Source: the human T2T-CHM13v2.0 reference genome, Homo sapiens
Reading direction: 5' to 3' (one strand)
Length of the DNA stretch: 64,000 bases
NCBI RefSeq assembly: GCF_009914755.1
Contig: NC_060927.1
Shown: positions 13,567 to 27,611 of the stretch, one piece after another
How the letters are laid out: each line of letters starts with the position of its first letter
Numbering within the stretch: the first letter of the stretch is position 1
Notes under the pieces: model-generated
What the model saw: only the letters and a program-made list of their open reading frames with translations
Database searches by the model: none
Told to the model about the DNA's origin: nothing
Translations under genes and position numbers: made by a program

Positions 13567-14373
13567 TCAGAAATTTGGTTAACAACACTTATCTTAAGGA
13601 GCCTGAGACTTCTGGAGTTGAGGGTCCTGGAAGACAGTGATAGAAAGATTGAGTTTCCTTTCCCTTTGATTTGCCCCATTTTCATAAATATTGAAATCAC
13701 TTTCTTGATCATGCAATTTGATGTTACTATTGATCCATCATTAATTTTGAACTGTTTGGCTTTGGGTTACAAATATTTGTTAAAATTTGGTACAGATTTT
13801 CTTTGTTATTCAAACTTTTGCAGTTCCTCTGTTGAGATAATACAAATTTGGATATCAAAGGATATTGTGTTATCTGAATCTACTTGGTTCCTTAGTTTTA
13901 GATACTGGGAAGTAAGATTTGGGTTACCAAGGGACTTATCTGAAAATTTAATCTGTTCAATTCCTGGGTCTGGATATCAAGAATTTGGATAGCGAGGGAT
14001 ATCTGTAATCATACTTTAAAATTTTAGTTATCTTAGCATCAGTTTTCTGAAAATTCACTAGAAAATTATAACAACCCTTAGGTGGCAGCAAATCAGTGAA
14101 AAACATCTGAATCCAGTGCTTAACATCTGCGTGTCATACTCCTCACCATCAGGGTGTTAAATTTAGAAAGACAGATATCCAGAGGCACAGTATGTGAGGA
14201 AGTTAGTATTACTCTCCAGCTCTGTTAGCTGAGTGAGTAATGGGGCTCCCGCTGTGGAGAAAGGTGCAAGCGTACCCAGGGACATGGGGAGAAATTAAAG
14301 TTAAAGGGAGTCTGGGAAGTAGTGACAGTGAGGAGAAGCACTCAGAAATTAAGTACTCTAATTGCCTCCTCAG

Positions 14374-14487
14374 GAATTCCGTCAGAAATCGCTGGACTGG
14401 GAGAAGCAACGCTTGATTTATCAGCAACAGGTATCTTCACTGGAGGCACAAAGGAAGGCTCTGGCTGAACAATCAGAGATAATTCAG
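14374..14487 (+). CDS. CEP63: CEP63 coding exon 3 (114 nt, 0-0): [38 protein letters not shown]
   Basis: cctcctcag acceptor, GTAGG donor; conserved CEP63/DEUP1 motif EFR.KS..W.KQ..IYQ. Confidence 0.95.
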
Positions 14488-15739
14488 GTAGGCCTAAGAC
14501 TTTTTAAAATAATGAGAAGCAGATAGGTTTTGATCGAGTTTGAACTACCTTAATGCAGTGTCCTAGTACCATTTAGCCTCTTTCAGCTTCTCTCCACGAA
14601 CCCTGCTCTCTTGTTTAGGAAGCCTCTCCTCAGCATCTAGACTCAGCTCCTTCTTCCCGCCTGCCCTCACACATGCGTGCATTCACTCTCCTGTCCAGGC
14701 TCATGTCCTTGTGCCCGCTTGCTGCTTTGCCTCCTTGCTTGTTTCTGACTTGCTCACCCACTCTCTGTCATTGTCTTGCTTACTCAGGCTCACTCTATGC
14801 TTGCATCCATGTTCACTCTCCTCATCTTGGTCCCTAGCTTTGTCGCCCTCTCTTCCTCCCCTCTCTTTCTTCCCTATCACAGTCCCATTCCTCCCTCTGT
14901 CTCCTTTTCCATGTCTTTCTGTCTCTTGTTGGGTCTCTCAGCTCTACTATAGTCTGTGCCTTGCTCCATCCCTATGGTCACTGGGGTATCTTGGCCGAAG
15001 TGTCTCAGCTAGGGAGCTTCAGTTAGTCTGCCTATGCGGACAGATACGGAGAGAGTCACATGGCAATGGTGTGCACACCAACTAAAAGTGGTGTCTTTGT
15101 GGTAACAAAAACACTTATTTTAGAACATTGATAGAAACTTTTCTTGTAATGGCTTAAGCAAAACCAAAAAACAGACACCTACTTTAGGAATATGTCTTGT
15201 AAGAACATATTCAGCTCATTCCTTTTTCAGTTAGAATCAAGAACATAAAGGAAACTAAAAAAATTTGTGATCATCTGTTATGTGCTAGACATTGACCCAG
15301 TGCTTCTTGTATGTGTTCTCTGTTTAATATTATGATAATCTGTCAAGGTTGGTAGTTATCTTAGTTTTATAGAATGAGGGAACAGCCTGGGTAAGTTGAA
15401 ATAGCTAGAAGGGAGGGTTTTTTTTTTTTTTTTTTTGGCTTTTTGGGTTTTTAAAAATAATCTGCATTTATTTGCTATTTTAAGTCTCAATAATGCATTA
15501 ACTTTTTGTTCGTCTCCCTGAAATATCAGCAGTCTGATAAACTACCGACAGTGGCTGTGGCTCTGCTGTGAGTGACTTCATTCAAAATGGTAGGAAAAGT
15601 CCACAACAATTGCAAGGAAGAAATTTATTTTCTAGGCCACAGCAAGCTGTGCAGCCAGACAGACCAGTGAAATCCTGAGATGTCTGGACCAGTTTTTTTG
15701 ACTTGAATGCCAAAGCACCATAGAGACCTAATAAGAAAT

Positions 15740-15813
<74 letters not shown>
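15740..15813. repeat. (TG)n(TA)n microsatellite
   Basis: Direct reading. Confidence 0.95.
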
Positions 15814-15814
<1 letters not shown>

Positions 15815-15829
15815 TTTTTTAACAACAAA

Positions 15830-15965
15830 AAATTTTTTTTGGTTTTCTTGAGATGAGGTCTTGCTGCATTGCTCAGGCTGATCTTGAATTCCTGGGCTCC
15901 AGCAATCCTTCCACCTTGGCCTCCTAAAGTGCTGGGATTACAGGTGTGAGCCACCACACTTGACC
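15830..15965 (-). mobile_element. Alu monomer (FLAM-like)
   Basis: T-tract followed by a single antisense Alu arm. Confidence 0.75.
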
Positions 15966-18044
15966 AAGATATTGTTATATTCTAGTTGTAGCCTTCAGAT
16001 TGACAAAAAAGCAAATTGAGTCTTAATTTTTACAGTTCTCAATTATTTATCCATGGAGTATTATTGATTATAGATTCTCTCTTCAAATTACTGTTATCCT
16101 ATTTCATATTACTGTTGTGATTATTGACTCTATGTAATTAAAACTTCATTATTAGTAAAAATGGGATTTTTACTTACTGTAATTCAGCTAGGGCTAGGGT
16201 AAGAAGCCTTTCAACAGCCAACATTTGTTTTTCCTACTAAGGGTGTTTGAATTAATTCTTCTGATAGTTTTGTTTAACCTAAAACTGTCTGATTGTTTAA
16301 TAAAAATGTTACATATAAATGTATTTATCCTTCTCCCTTAGCAAACTAAATAAAATTAAATCTTTCAGTGATTCAGTATATACCAGTGCTGTATGATCAT
16401 CATTTTTTTAAACATCTAAATAAACTTATCTATATCCATTAAGTAGCATTAATAGTTGTCATCATCTTGTCAATCTTTATTTTAATTATGGTAAAATACA
16501 CATAAAATGTTCCACCTTAACCATTTTTAAATGTATAGTATAGTAATGTTAACTATATGTACACTGTTGTGCAACAGATCTCTAGAACTTTTTTATCTTG
16601 TCAAACTGAAACTCTATACCATTCCCTACTTCTTATTTTTGGGTGGAATATTACAGAGCAAATCATAGATATCATCTTATTTCCCAACAGGTAAGGACTT
16701 AAAAAATAACAATATATCAGTATCACATTAATAGAATAATAACTTCTTAATATAATTTAATATCCAGTCTGTTCACATTTCTCCAGTTGTCCAGAAAACT
16801 ATCTTTTTACAATTGAATGTTTGAGTCAGAATCCAGTCAAGGTTGATGTATTGCATTTGGTTGAAAGGTGGGTCACCATTGAACAATGACAGTAGAAAAC
16901 CTGGGAGGCTGAGTAAGTGGATATTAACCTACCCTCCATTAAAAAAAAATCTCTGTATAATTTTTTTCTTATATGTTTTTAACATCTAAAAGTATAATTC
17001 GGAAACAACTTCTCCTTCTTTGACATATGTTTGCTTGAATTCATTTCTTTTAATCAGCTATTAAAATTACATAATACATGCTTATTTTAGAAAAATGAGA
17101 AAATGCGGATAAAATGAGAAATAAATAAATCACCCATAATTCTACCGTTAAGAGATTTACGATGAATAAAATTTTGGTGTAAATTTCTTCTGACTTTGTG
17201 TATGCTTACATACAGTGTGCAGTACATTCATGTACTTTTGATAGGAAAAACCTATATGCACTGTGAATGGGAAAGGAGGGGTAGTTGCAAACTTTAAAAA
17301 GTCCTGAGAGTAGCAAAGTGTTGATAATTTTTGAAGCTGTGTGATAGGGGTTCATCATCTTACTCTCTCTATATTTGTGTATGCTTGAAATTTTCCATGA
17401 AACAATAACTTTAAAATATATAGAATGCTTACTAAGTGACAGGTACTATGCTAAGCACGTCACAGCTTTAAAATTTTTCCTTTTTAAATATGACATGTCA
17501 ACAGATTTGTAGTCATAATGATTGTGTAGAAGTCCCCCCTATCGTTAAATGTATAATGACATTTGTAACCAGTCCCTTATTGTAGAACATTTAGTTTTTT
17601 ACTTTTCACTTTTGTAAATAGTGCTTAGATTAACATCCTTATATAAACATTTAGGAGTATTTATTTTCTTAGGAAATGGCCCTAGAATTGGATTTACTGT
17701 ATCAGAGTACCTTCAAATATTTTAATATATATTGCCAAAGTTTTCTCCAATGATGGATTGATAGACTTTCTCTAGCAGTATGTGAGAATATCCATTTCCT
17801 CATACTTTCCCCACATTGAGCGCTATTATTTCTTTTGACTTTCCCCACTTTTAGGCTTGTCTTTGCCAATCTTATAGGTGAAAAAAAATGATACCATTGT
17901 TTTAATATACATTGTTTTAATATGAGTGAGGTTGAGGACTTTTTTCATCTGTTTATGGCCATCTTCATTTTTCATAAATTATTTGTGTCCTTTATTCACC
18001 TTTGTTTTAGGATTTTTTTTTTTTTTTTTTTAAATCTTAATTTA

Positions 18045-18330
18045 TTTTCTTTTTTGAGATGGAGCCTCGGTTGCCCAGCCTGGAGTACAGTGGCCTGATC
18101 TCGGCTGACTGCAACCTCTGCCTCCCTTCAAGCAGTTCTCCTGCCTCAGCCTCCTGAGTAGCTGGGATTACAGGTGCTCACCACCACGCTCAGCTAATTT
18201 TTGTATTTTCAGTAGAGACAGGGTTTCACCATGTTGGCCATGTTGGTCTTGAACTCCAGACCTCAAGTGATCTGCCCACCTTGGCCTCCCAAAGTGCTAG
18301 GATTACAGGCGTGAACCATCGCACCTGGCC
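18045..18330 (-). mobile_element. Alu (AluS-type)
   Basis: Antisense Alu dimer. Confidence 0.88.
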
Positions 18331-18759
18331 GGATGTTTATATTTTACTATTCTGAAAGAGCTTTCCATACACTTAAGTATGAAATATAAGCCCTTTGCTA
18401 TTATGTTACAGTTGCGTATGTGTACTCAATTTACCTTAATTTTTGCCCAGTATTTTTTATGGAAGTACAATTGTTTTATAAACAGTTAATTAGAATTGCT
18501 TAATTCTATCAATTTTTTGTTCAGCGTTTCTATCTTTGATATCATACTATAAAGTCTTACCTAAGTCAAATTTCTTCTAATGCTTTATCATTTCTTTTTA
18601 ATACATTTTATCTAAAAATTACTTTAGTGTAAGGTATTTGATAGGAATCTAAATTTGTTTTTTAAATGGTTATATAATTTACTGACTATTACATTTTCAG
18701 GATTGGACAAAATGACTCTAAAATTCATATGGAATGATAAATGAACGATACTAGCCAAC

Positions 18760-19061
18760 TTTTTTTTTTTTTTTTTTTTTTGAGACGGATTTTCGCTCTT
18801 GTTGCCCAGGCTGGAGTGCAGTGGCACAATCTCGGCTCGCTGCAACCTCCGCCTCCCAGATCAAACGATCCTCCTCCTCAGCATCCCAAGTAGCTAGGAT
18901 TACAGGCGTGCACCACCATGCCCAACTGATTTTGTGTTTTTAGTAGAGATGGGGTTTTACTATCCTGGTCAGGCTTTTCTCGAACTCCTGACCTCAAGTG
19001 ATCCACCCGCCTCAGCCTCCCAGAGTGCTGGGATTACAGGTGTGAGCCACTGCGCCTGGCC
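18760..19061 (-). mobile_element. Alu (AluSq/Sp-like)
   Basis: Poly-T, ttcgctcttgttgcccagg, full dimer. Confidence 0.9.
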
Positions 19062-22000
19062 ACCAGCATTTTTTAAAAAGGAGTAATGGGGGGATGTTTG
19101 TTCTATCAAATATTAAAATGTATTTTATTAAAAAGTACAGTTGTTAAACTGTAATGCTAGATGTAACAACAGAGTCGTGGTTATATAGTATAGGAAAAGG
19201 ATCAGTACAGTCTAAAACTAAGGTCATTTCTGTTTAGAAGGCTACTTTTTCTGTTGCCTACATAATACAAAGGAAATGTTCAAGGAAATCTTAGAGAACA
19301 GTAAGAACATTTGAAAAAAATTAAAATATTAAGCCAACATAAAATGTAAAATATTTAACTGATAAACAGTATGTGAAAAAAGTAGAGGTTGCTCTATGTT
19401 TTCCTTTTGAAATACTTAGATGAGCTGTAAAATATTCTTCAAGTTAATTTTAAATCCACTGTTAATTATATGTATATAAATATATTTATACGTATATATG
19501 TTGTATTTTTAAAAGCATCCTTTTCCTGTCACAACTTTTGAAGAAAAAAATGACCCTAACTCAAATGTTGATCTGTTGTCTTGGTAGAATTATCAGAGTT
19601 AATTGAATTGGCTTAGACCTACTGTTTAAAAGTTCGTAGTAGCATAGACACAACAGTGATAAGAGAATCTTACTAGGAGCTGTGTTGTTAATAGGCTCTT
19701 TAGGCTGCTCTCTAGTGGAAATGCTGTGAGGCTGTGGCCTGCACTGGCTCATTTGGAGTTGACAGTGATGGGGAGCTTGGTAAGGGATTGATGCTTACAA
19801 TGGCCGTACCTTCATACTGGGATTCTTTGGAAAATAAAAAGCCCTGTTGCTTCATATCACATTGTTCATAGTAATCTCACTCTCTGGGAGAGTCATTTTC
19901 TTGAAGCACCAGGAAGTAGCTATCACAAATCCAGAAGAGGATTTGAATTCAACCCCCACTCCCCAATTTCTTCTCCACTCTCTTTCACACTTTAGCTGGC
20001 CACACTGGCCTTTTGTTTCAGTTTCAGTCTCCCTGATGTAAACTGCCTTCTTGATTGCTTTTTTACTTTTAACCACCTCTGCTGTGATTTGTATTGTTGA
20101 AATAACTTCTACCCACTCCAATAGAATGCTAAATGTTAGATTAATAAGAGGAATGCCTGTTTCTGGCTCAAAGAATTAGTGGTTAGTGCAAAAAAAAAAA
20201 AAAAGTTTAAAAATATGCCAGCCTTAAAATACCTCTAAAGCCAGATAATTATCAGAAATAATCATTATTTTAGAAGTTTTTAAATAATTATTTCTGACTT
20301 TCTTAGTATTGATGAAGTGTTCTTGAGATTAGTGTAGTGCTAATAGATATTGGTGAGTCACATGTAATTTAAAATTTTCTACTAGTCACATTAAAAAGTA
20401 AAAAGGTGAAATTAATTTTAATAATATATTCAACTCAATATGTCAGAAATATTACAACATTTACTTTACATTTTTTTAATGAGTCTTTGAAATCTTCAAC
20501 TGAATTTGTATTTTACGGTTAAGAGCACATCTCAATTCAGATTAGCCACAGTTCAGTTGTGCAATATCCGCGTGTGGGTGACTGCAATGGTATTGCAGCC
20601 CTAGTGCATTCTAGGCAATGAAAATTTAGAATTTGTACTTGAGTTGATTAATGTACTTTTCACTATGCTTAAAAAACACTGTATTTTTGTGTGACCAAAA
20701 TAGTAAATCAGTGAAAGAAGGTTATGTTCTCCATTCTTCAAAACTGAGAAGTTTATTAGTATTTAGCAAATCTAGACTCACTGGTTAAAGTATGCCTTGG
20801 TTTAACTATTAGTTTATTATATCAATACTGAGTTTAAGATCACAGATTTGAGTTGATAGTGTTAGGTAGCTATTACAGTATTAAAAAGATAGTGTTTTGC
20901 AATTATGTATTATCTGAGTGCCCATTTTGGCAGTGGGTTTCTAGTTGTGTTTTGCTGAGACCCAGGGCTGCTGTACAGATTAAGGGTAGGACTAAGGGAC
21001 ATTTCAGCAAGCTGGGCTCTAACCCTTTTCTCCTTCTCACCCTCACCCAATATCTGCATTTATTTATTCTGCACAGGAAACCTTTCCTCTTTGAAAAAAA
21101 GTTTATATTATATTTAAAAGTTTGGAGACAGTTCCATGCTTAGCAGTTGTTCTAGTGAATCTAAACCTAAATGTTGATGTTCTTCCTTTATACCATTGTA
21201 GGGATCTGGTTAAAAAAAAAAAAGGCTCTTTGCACTGAAATCTTGATCGGTAATTTATACAAACAGTATTTGTCTATCTCTTCACCTCTCTCCTACCCTC
21301 TCTCTGGCTTATGGGAAGTTTTTAGCATCTACTTTATTTGACTACAGTATATAGTACAGGATTTGGACCTGTACTGTAAATAATAAAATCTTTAAATCTG
21401 CAATAGATAGATTTCCCAGAGATATTTCTACTTGTATTTCTAAAGTAAAATTGTGTGATTTTACCTTTAGAAATATTTCGAGTAAGGGAAGTTTACCTCT
21501 ACAGATTATTTATATTCATCTTCAATGTGTAGATGAAGTACCAGCCAGGATGCTGGATTAAAACTTGTAAAAACTAAAAAGTTTGGAGCTAAAACCCAAT
21601 ACTGCTGGGATGCATAGCCTAAAACATAGTAGTCAGTAAACGTATCATTCAGAGAAACCAGTTTGAGATGCATTATATTTGTTTACCTCTTTTAACTCAG
21701 GAAGTGTCCAAAAACTGATGACAGAACCAATCTCTCCTCCCTTATAAGCACCTTTTCCTCCAATAAACAAAAGACCACAATTTCCCCATTTCTCTGAATT
21801 TAAAGAGCATTTTATGGTCACGATGACTAATCTAAATATGAATGTTTATAATGTTAAAACAGAATAATTACAACATGCTCTAGGTGGGGGGGGGGGAATT
21901 TAAACTACAAATTTAGTGATTTTGAAATTCTAATTTCTAAACTTCCATCAGAAATATAATAATGCATTATAGTTCCTATTTCCTATGTTTTAAATAGGAA

Positions 22001-22099
22001 ATAATTCCAGCCAGGTTGCGGTTGAATTTCTGTGTGAGTAGGTAGAATACTGTAGCATCTCTTCTCCTGAGGAATCCCTTTACTTTATCCATTCTTTTC

Positions 22100-22680
<581 letters not shown>

Positions 22681-22834
22681 TCTCAATTCTTTCTTACCCC
22701 TTCGCAATATATATATATATTTTAGTGAGCCAATGCTTTATGTTTTTATGGAAATAATAGTTTCATTTTAGTCTTATTCATTGATTATTTTATCATTTCC
22801 CTTTTACCTATTGATTGATAGTCTGTGTTTCTAG

Positions 22835-23068
22835 GCTCAGCTTGTCAATCGGAAACAGAAATTAGAGTCTGTGGAACTTTCTAGCCAATCAGAAATTCAA
22901 CACTTAAGCAGTAAACTGGAGCGGGCTAATGACACTATCTGTGCCAATGAGTTGGAAATAGAGCGCCTCACCATGAGGGTCAATGACTTGGTTGGAACCA
23001 GTATGACTGTCCTACAGGAGCAGCAGCAAAAAGAAGAAAAATTGAGGGAATCTGAAAAACTATTAGAG
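22835..23068 (+). CDS. CEP63: CEP63 coding exon 4 (234 nt, 0-0): [24 protein letters not shown]...LRESEKLLE
   Basis: gtttctag acceptor, GTATGT donor; overlaps ORF 22871..23134. Confidence 0.95.
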
Positions 23069-23397
23069 GTATGTTTTAAAATCACTATAATTGGGGGAAG
23101 TGTGTGTATGAGTATTTTAAGAGAGTGTTATTAAGCTAGAACTAGGTTCTACAATCCATACTTTCTTCCCTACTTTATAAATGATGGATCAGATATTGAT
23201 AGTTTTACTAATATTGTGACTTTATTACAATATTTACAATATTGTAATATTGTTACGTAACTTATCGTCTGACTTCCTGGCTTCTCGTGAAATAGAAAAA
23301 TTGTAATAATAGCTGGCTTAGAAATTTCTGAGTATTTTGCAGGTTCTGCAGGAATTAAAAAGAAGGAAAATTATAATCATATTTGACTTTTTTGCAG

Positions 23398-23537
23398 GCT
23401 CTGCAGGAAGAAAAGAGAGAATTGAAGGCAGCTCTTCAGTCTCAAGAAAATCTCATACATGAGGCCAGAATACAAAAGGAGAAGTTACAAGAAAAAGTAA
23501 AGGCAACTAACACTCAACATGCTGTAGAAGCTATAAG
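23398..23537 (+). CDS. CEP63: CEP63 coding exon 5 (140 nt, 0-2): [19 protein letters not shown]...HAVEAI(R)
   Basis: tttttgcag acceptor, AG|GTAAAT donor. Confidence 0.95.
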
Positions 23538-23584
23538 GTAAATTTAATCTTAAATATTATTCATCTTAGCCACTTAATGACTAG

Positions 23585-23905
<321 letters not shown>

Positions 23906-24583
23906 AAGCACTAGTTTTCATATTGCATATTCATAATTTTATGTTTGATCATATTGTGGATTTTCTTAATTGGCTTTAACTTCTGAGTTAGGTTTTTAAA
24001 GTGTTATAAAATTTTGTGTGGTTAATTTTCTTCTGCCACCAGTTAGGGTCCCTAACAGAGACTCTCATGTTTAGAAAGTTAGAAACCAAGGTCAGTTTGC
24101 ATGCTTGGTGAAAATCCAAATGTGCAGGGAATTGTCATCCATGTCTCCTGGAGGCTTCACTTTGTTGGTGGAATAAGTTGTGATTAGTAGCTGCTTATCA
24201 TTAATAGCAGCCAGCCATTGGGCTAGCCCTCTTGCTTGATTTAAGTCTGGTGCACACTTTTATTTTTGCCAGAATTCTCCTGTAACTTTTCAGTTTTTTT
24301 GGTACAGGGTTTCAAGTGTCACTGAAGTGATTTTGCCATTTTGTCTTTTTCCCTTGAAAAAAGGCCAAATCCCAGTTAAGAAGGGAGTAAATTGCTACTT
24401 TTTGAAGTATCAGCATCTCTTGACTCTTTCTTTCCTCTCCCAATATTCTTTTTATAAAGCAGGAGACAAACTTGAAGAGTTCCAAAGAGGTTACCAAAAA
24501 TGATGGGGAAACACAGACTAGATGAGCATTATTTTTGTTTGCAGAGATAAAGGCCTTAACAATCATCCTATGTCTTTCCATAG

Positions 24584-24721
24584 GCCACGGGAAGAATCTC
24601 TGGCAGAAAAGAAGTACACCTCTCAAGGGCAGGGGGACTTAGACAGTGTGCTCTCCCAGTTGAATTTTACCCATACTAGTGAGGACCTTCTGCAGGCAGA
24701 GGTGACTTGTCTTGAAGGCAG
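24584..24721 (+). CDS. CEP63: CEP63 coding exon 6 (138 nt, symmetric 2-2, skippable cassette): [19 protein letters not shown]...VTCLEG
   Basis: tttccatag acceptor, AG|GTAC donor; length divisible by 3. Confidence 0.92.
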
Positions 24722-24861
24722 GTACATAATTATACACACATTTCAAAAATTTCAAGTTGTTAAAATGAATTTTTGATCATCATATTGTAAATGAATGTAA
24801 TAGTCATAGTAAAAAAAATAAGATTTTTTTCTAGTATCCACAAATGGCCTAAGGTCTTATT

Positions 24862-25178
<317 letters not shown>

Positions 25179-26330
25179 TAAGTTCTTATTTCATTGAGAA
25201 GACAGAAGCAATTAAAGGAGAACCTCTTAATCTTTCTGTCATCAAATCTACCAGTCTGCCCATACCTGTGCCTTTCTGCACTTCTAAGACCAACCACTCC
25301 ACTTGTGTCCTTTTTCTGTAGTTATATCCTTTCTCTTCTGCATCATCAAGTTCTTTCTGTCTGCTGAATCTATCCACTGGTATAAAATACGCTGTAACAT
25401 CACCCATCTGGGGGAAAAACCATCCCTTAATCCTATGTCTCCGTCAAGTTATTTCCACATTTCTGTACTTCTCTTTAAGACCAAATTCTTCAAAAGAGTT
25501 GTCTATACTGACTCTACTTCTTTACCTTTCACCTGTTTAGCAGCCCTTCACTTAGGTTTTCCTCCTTGCCACCTCAGAAGCAGGGTAGGAAGGGGTAACA
25601 GTTGACACATGGTGATCCTTTTTGTTCTGCTGTGGTGTTGTTACTTCCTTGGGTGTTAATTGAATCCTGACTAATGCTATACCATACCCACCTAAACACT
25701 TGTCATTGTCGTACTTATAGAATTTTTTTTGGTTTTTCATAACCTCTCAACTTTTTGATTGGGAAGAGTGTGATATCTTGTTTTAAACACATGAATCATG
25801 ATCATTTGTACACTGACATTTTCTGTATGTAAAAGATAAAATTGCTTTTAACATGAACTGTTAACCTTTAGGCAAACAACAAGAGAAATATCATTTTACA
25901 CTTTTTAGGTTATCTTTAAGTAATACATTTTTTGTTTTTACATTTATTTCTGGTTTTGGAAACCAGTAAGTATTTTCTTACTTTTATCTACATGTTAAAT
26001 ACACAAACATGCATACACACACATATTTTCTGCTTTATTCCTTTTGGAATACTTGGAGTACTTGAGATAGTCTTTGTTATTATTGAAGTATATGTGTACT
26101 CTTCCGTTTGACTAAAATTAAGTTTATTATTTTTGACGTTGGGACAACAGTTTACATTTTTATCACAGTTTTTTTATTGATTGGCTTTTTAGTAATATTT
26201 TAAGTGACTGAGGTGATGTTTAAGATATTGGCTGGATATTTTTTGGATATCAAGAATGTAAATTAGATAGTCCAATTTATAGGTTTCAGGATTTTGGTTT
26301 TAAGTATGGGATCTTATTTTTGTCATACAG

Positions 26331-26445
26331 TTTGGAATCTGTGAGTGCAACGTGTAAACAGCTGAGCCAAGAACTAATGGAAAAATATGAAGAACTGAAG
26401 AGGATGGAAGCACATAACAATGAATACAAAGCAGAGATTAAGAAG
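26331..26445 (+). CDS. CEP63: CEP63 coding exon 7 (115 nt, 2-0): [38 protein letters not shown]
   Basis: tcatacag acceptor, AAG|GTAAAA donor. Confidence 0.95.
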
Positions 26446-27331
26446 GTAAAAATCTGCATACCTAGGATTGCAAAATTGTATGTGTTTATGGACAAAGCTG
26501 TGGATTGGGAGATTATAGGGGTTATTTTTAATGAGAAAAAAATGTAGTTCAAGGGACCACTTGATATTTAGGAGTGGAAGAGTTTGTGGAATGTGCATAG
26601 GGAAAGTGCCTTCTTTCTTTGGCATCGCCCCTGATGCCCAATAAATATTTTTAAGATAATTGAAGGCTGTCCCCTTTGAACTCAAAAACTTTATTTTAAA
26701 CATGTTTTGATGAAAAGTTTTCTAAAAGACATACACTCTGTTGCTTGCAAAAAAATATGAACTGTCACTTAATATTTTCTTATTGCCTAAAGATAGTATT
26801 TATGTATTGTCTCCTGTGCTATGATGTAGTTAGTATCCTTGTCAGCTATTGAGGTATGCAGAGCTGTTTGTGTCTATATGAATGGGCCCTAACTGTCCTA
26901 TTTGTTTGATTTGTATTTTTTGTTACTTCTTTAAGATTACTTCTAGTTCCTTACTTCCTCTTGTTCTATTTGTTATCCTGTGGACTAAGATACCATATGA
27001 GCAAAACTTTTAGATTCACAACTAAAAAAAAGAATGAAGGTCACAGGTACTCTCCTCTAAATTGTGTGCATGGACCTTGATTCTGGTCCTCAGCACTTGA
27101 ATAACCCATCTCTCCCTGTTTTGAGGTATAATAAATGATTGTAGGTATAACCACCTGACCTTCAGTACAGATATGCAACTTGGTAAATTGCTAATTTTTC
27201 TGCAGATTTAATTTAAGAGAAATTTAATGTCTTGAGATAAGGTGAACTTTTATTTTATTAGCTAGTAACATATTATTCTATCTAAATGCTTTCTCTTAAC
27301 TTTTGGTGCTTTCTTTTCTGCTTCTTTATAG

Positions 27332-27529
27332 TTGAAAGAACAGATTTTACAGGGTGAACAAAGTTACAGTTCTGCACTAGAAGGAATGAAGATGGAAATC
27401 TCCCATCTAACTCAGGAGTTACATCAGCGAGATATCACTATTGCTTCCACCAAAGGTTCTTCCTCAGACATGGAAAAGCGACTCAGAGCAGAGATGCAAA
27501 AGGCAGAAGACAAAGCAGTAGAGCATAAG
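27332..27529 (+). CDS. CEP63: CEP63 coding exon 8 (198 nt, 0-0): [39 protein letters not shown]...VEHK
   Basis: Long pyrimidine tract ending tag, AAG|GTGA donor; family motif EIS.LT.ELHQ..ITIA. Confidence 0.95.
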
Positions 27530-27611
27530 GTGAAGCCTGAACAAAACCTTTTTTAAATTTGAAATTTGTTTTAAAGATGGAGTTGATTAAAGACATAATT
27601 TTCATAATATT

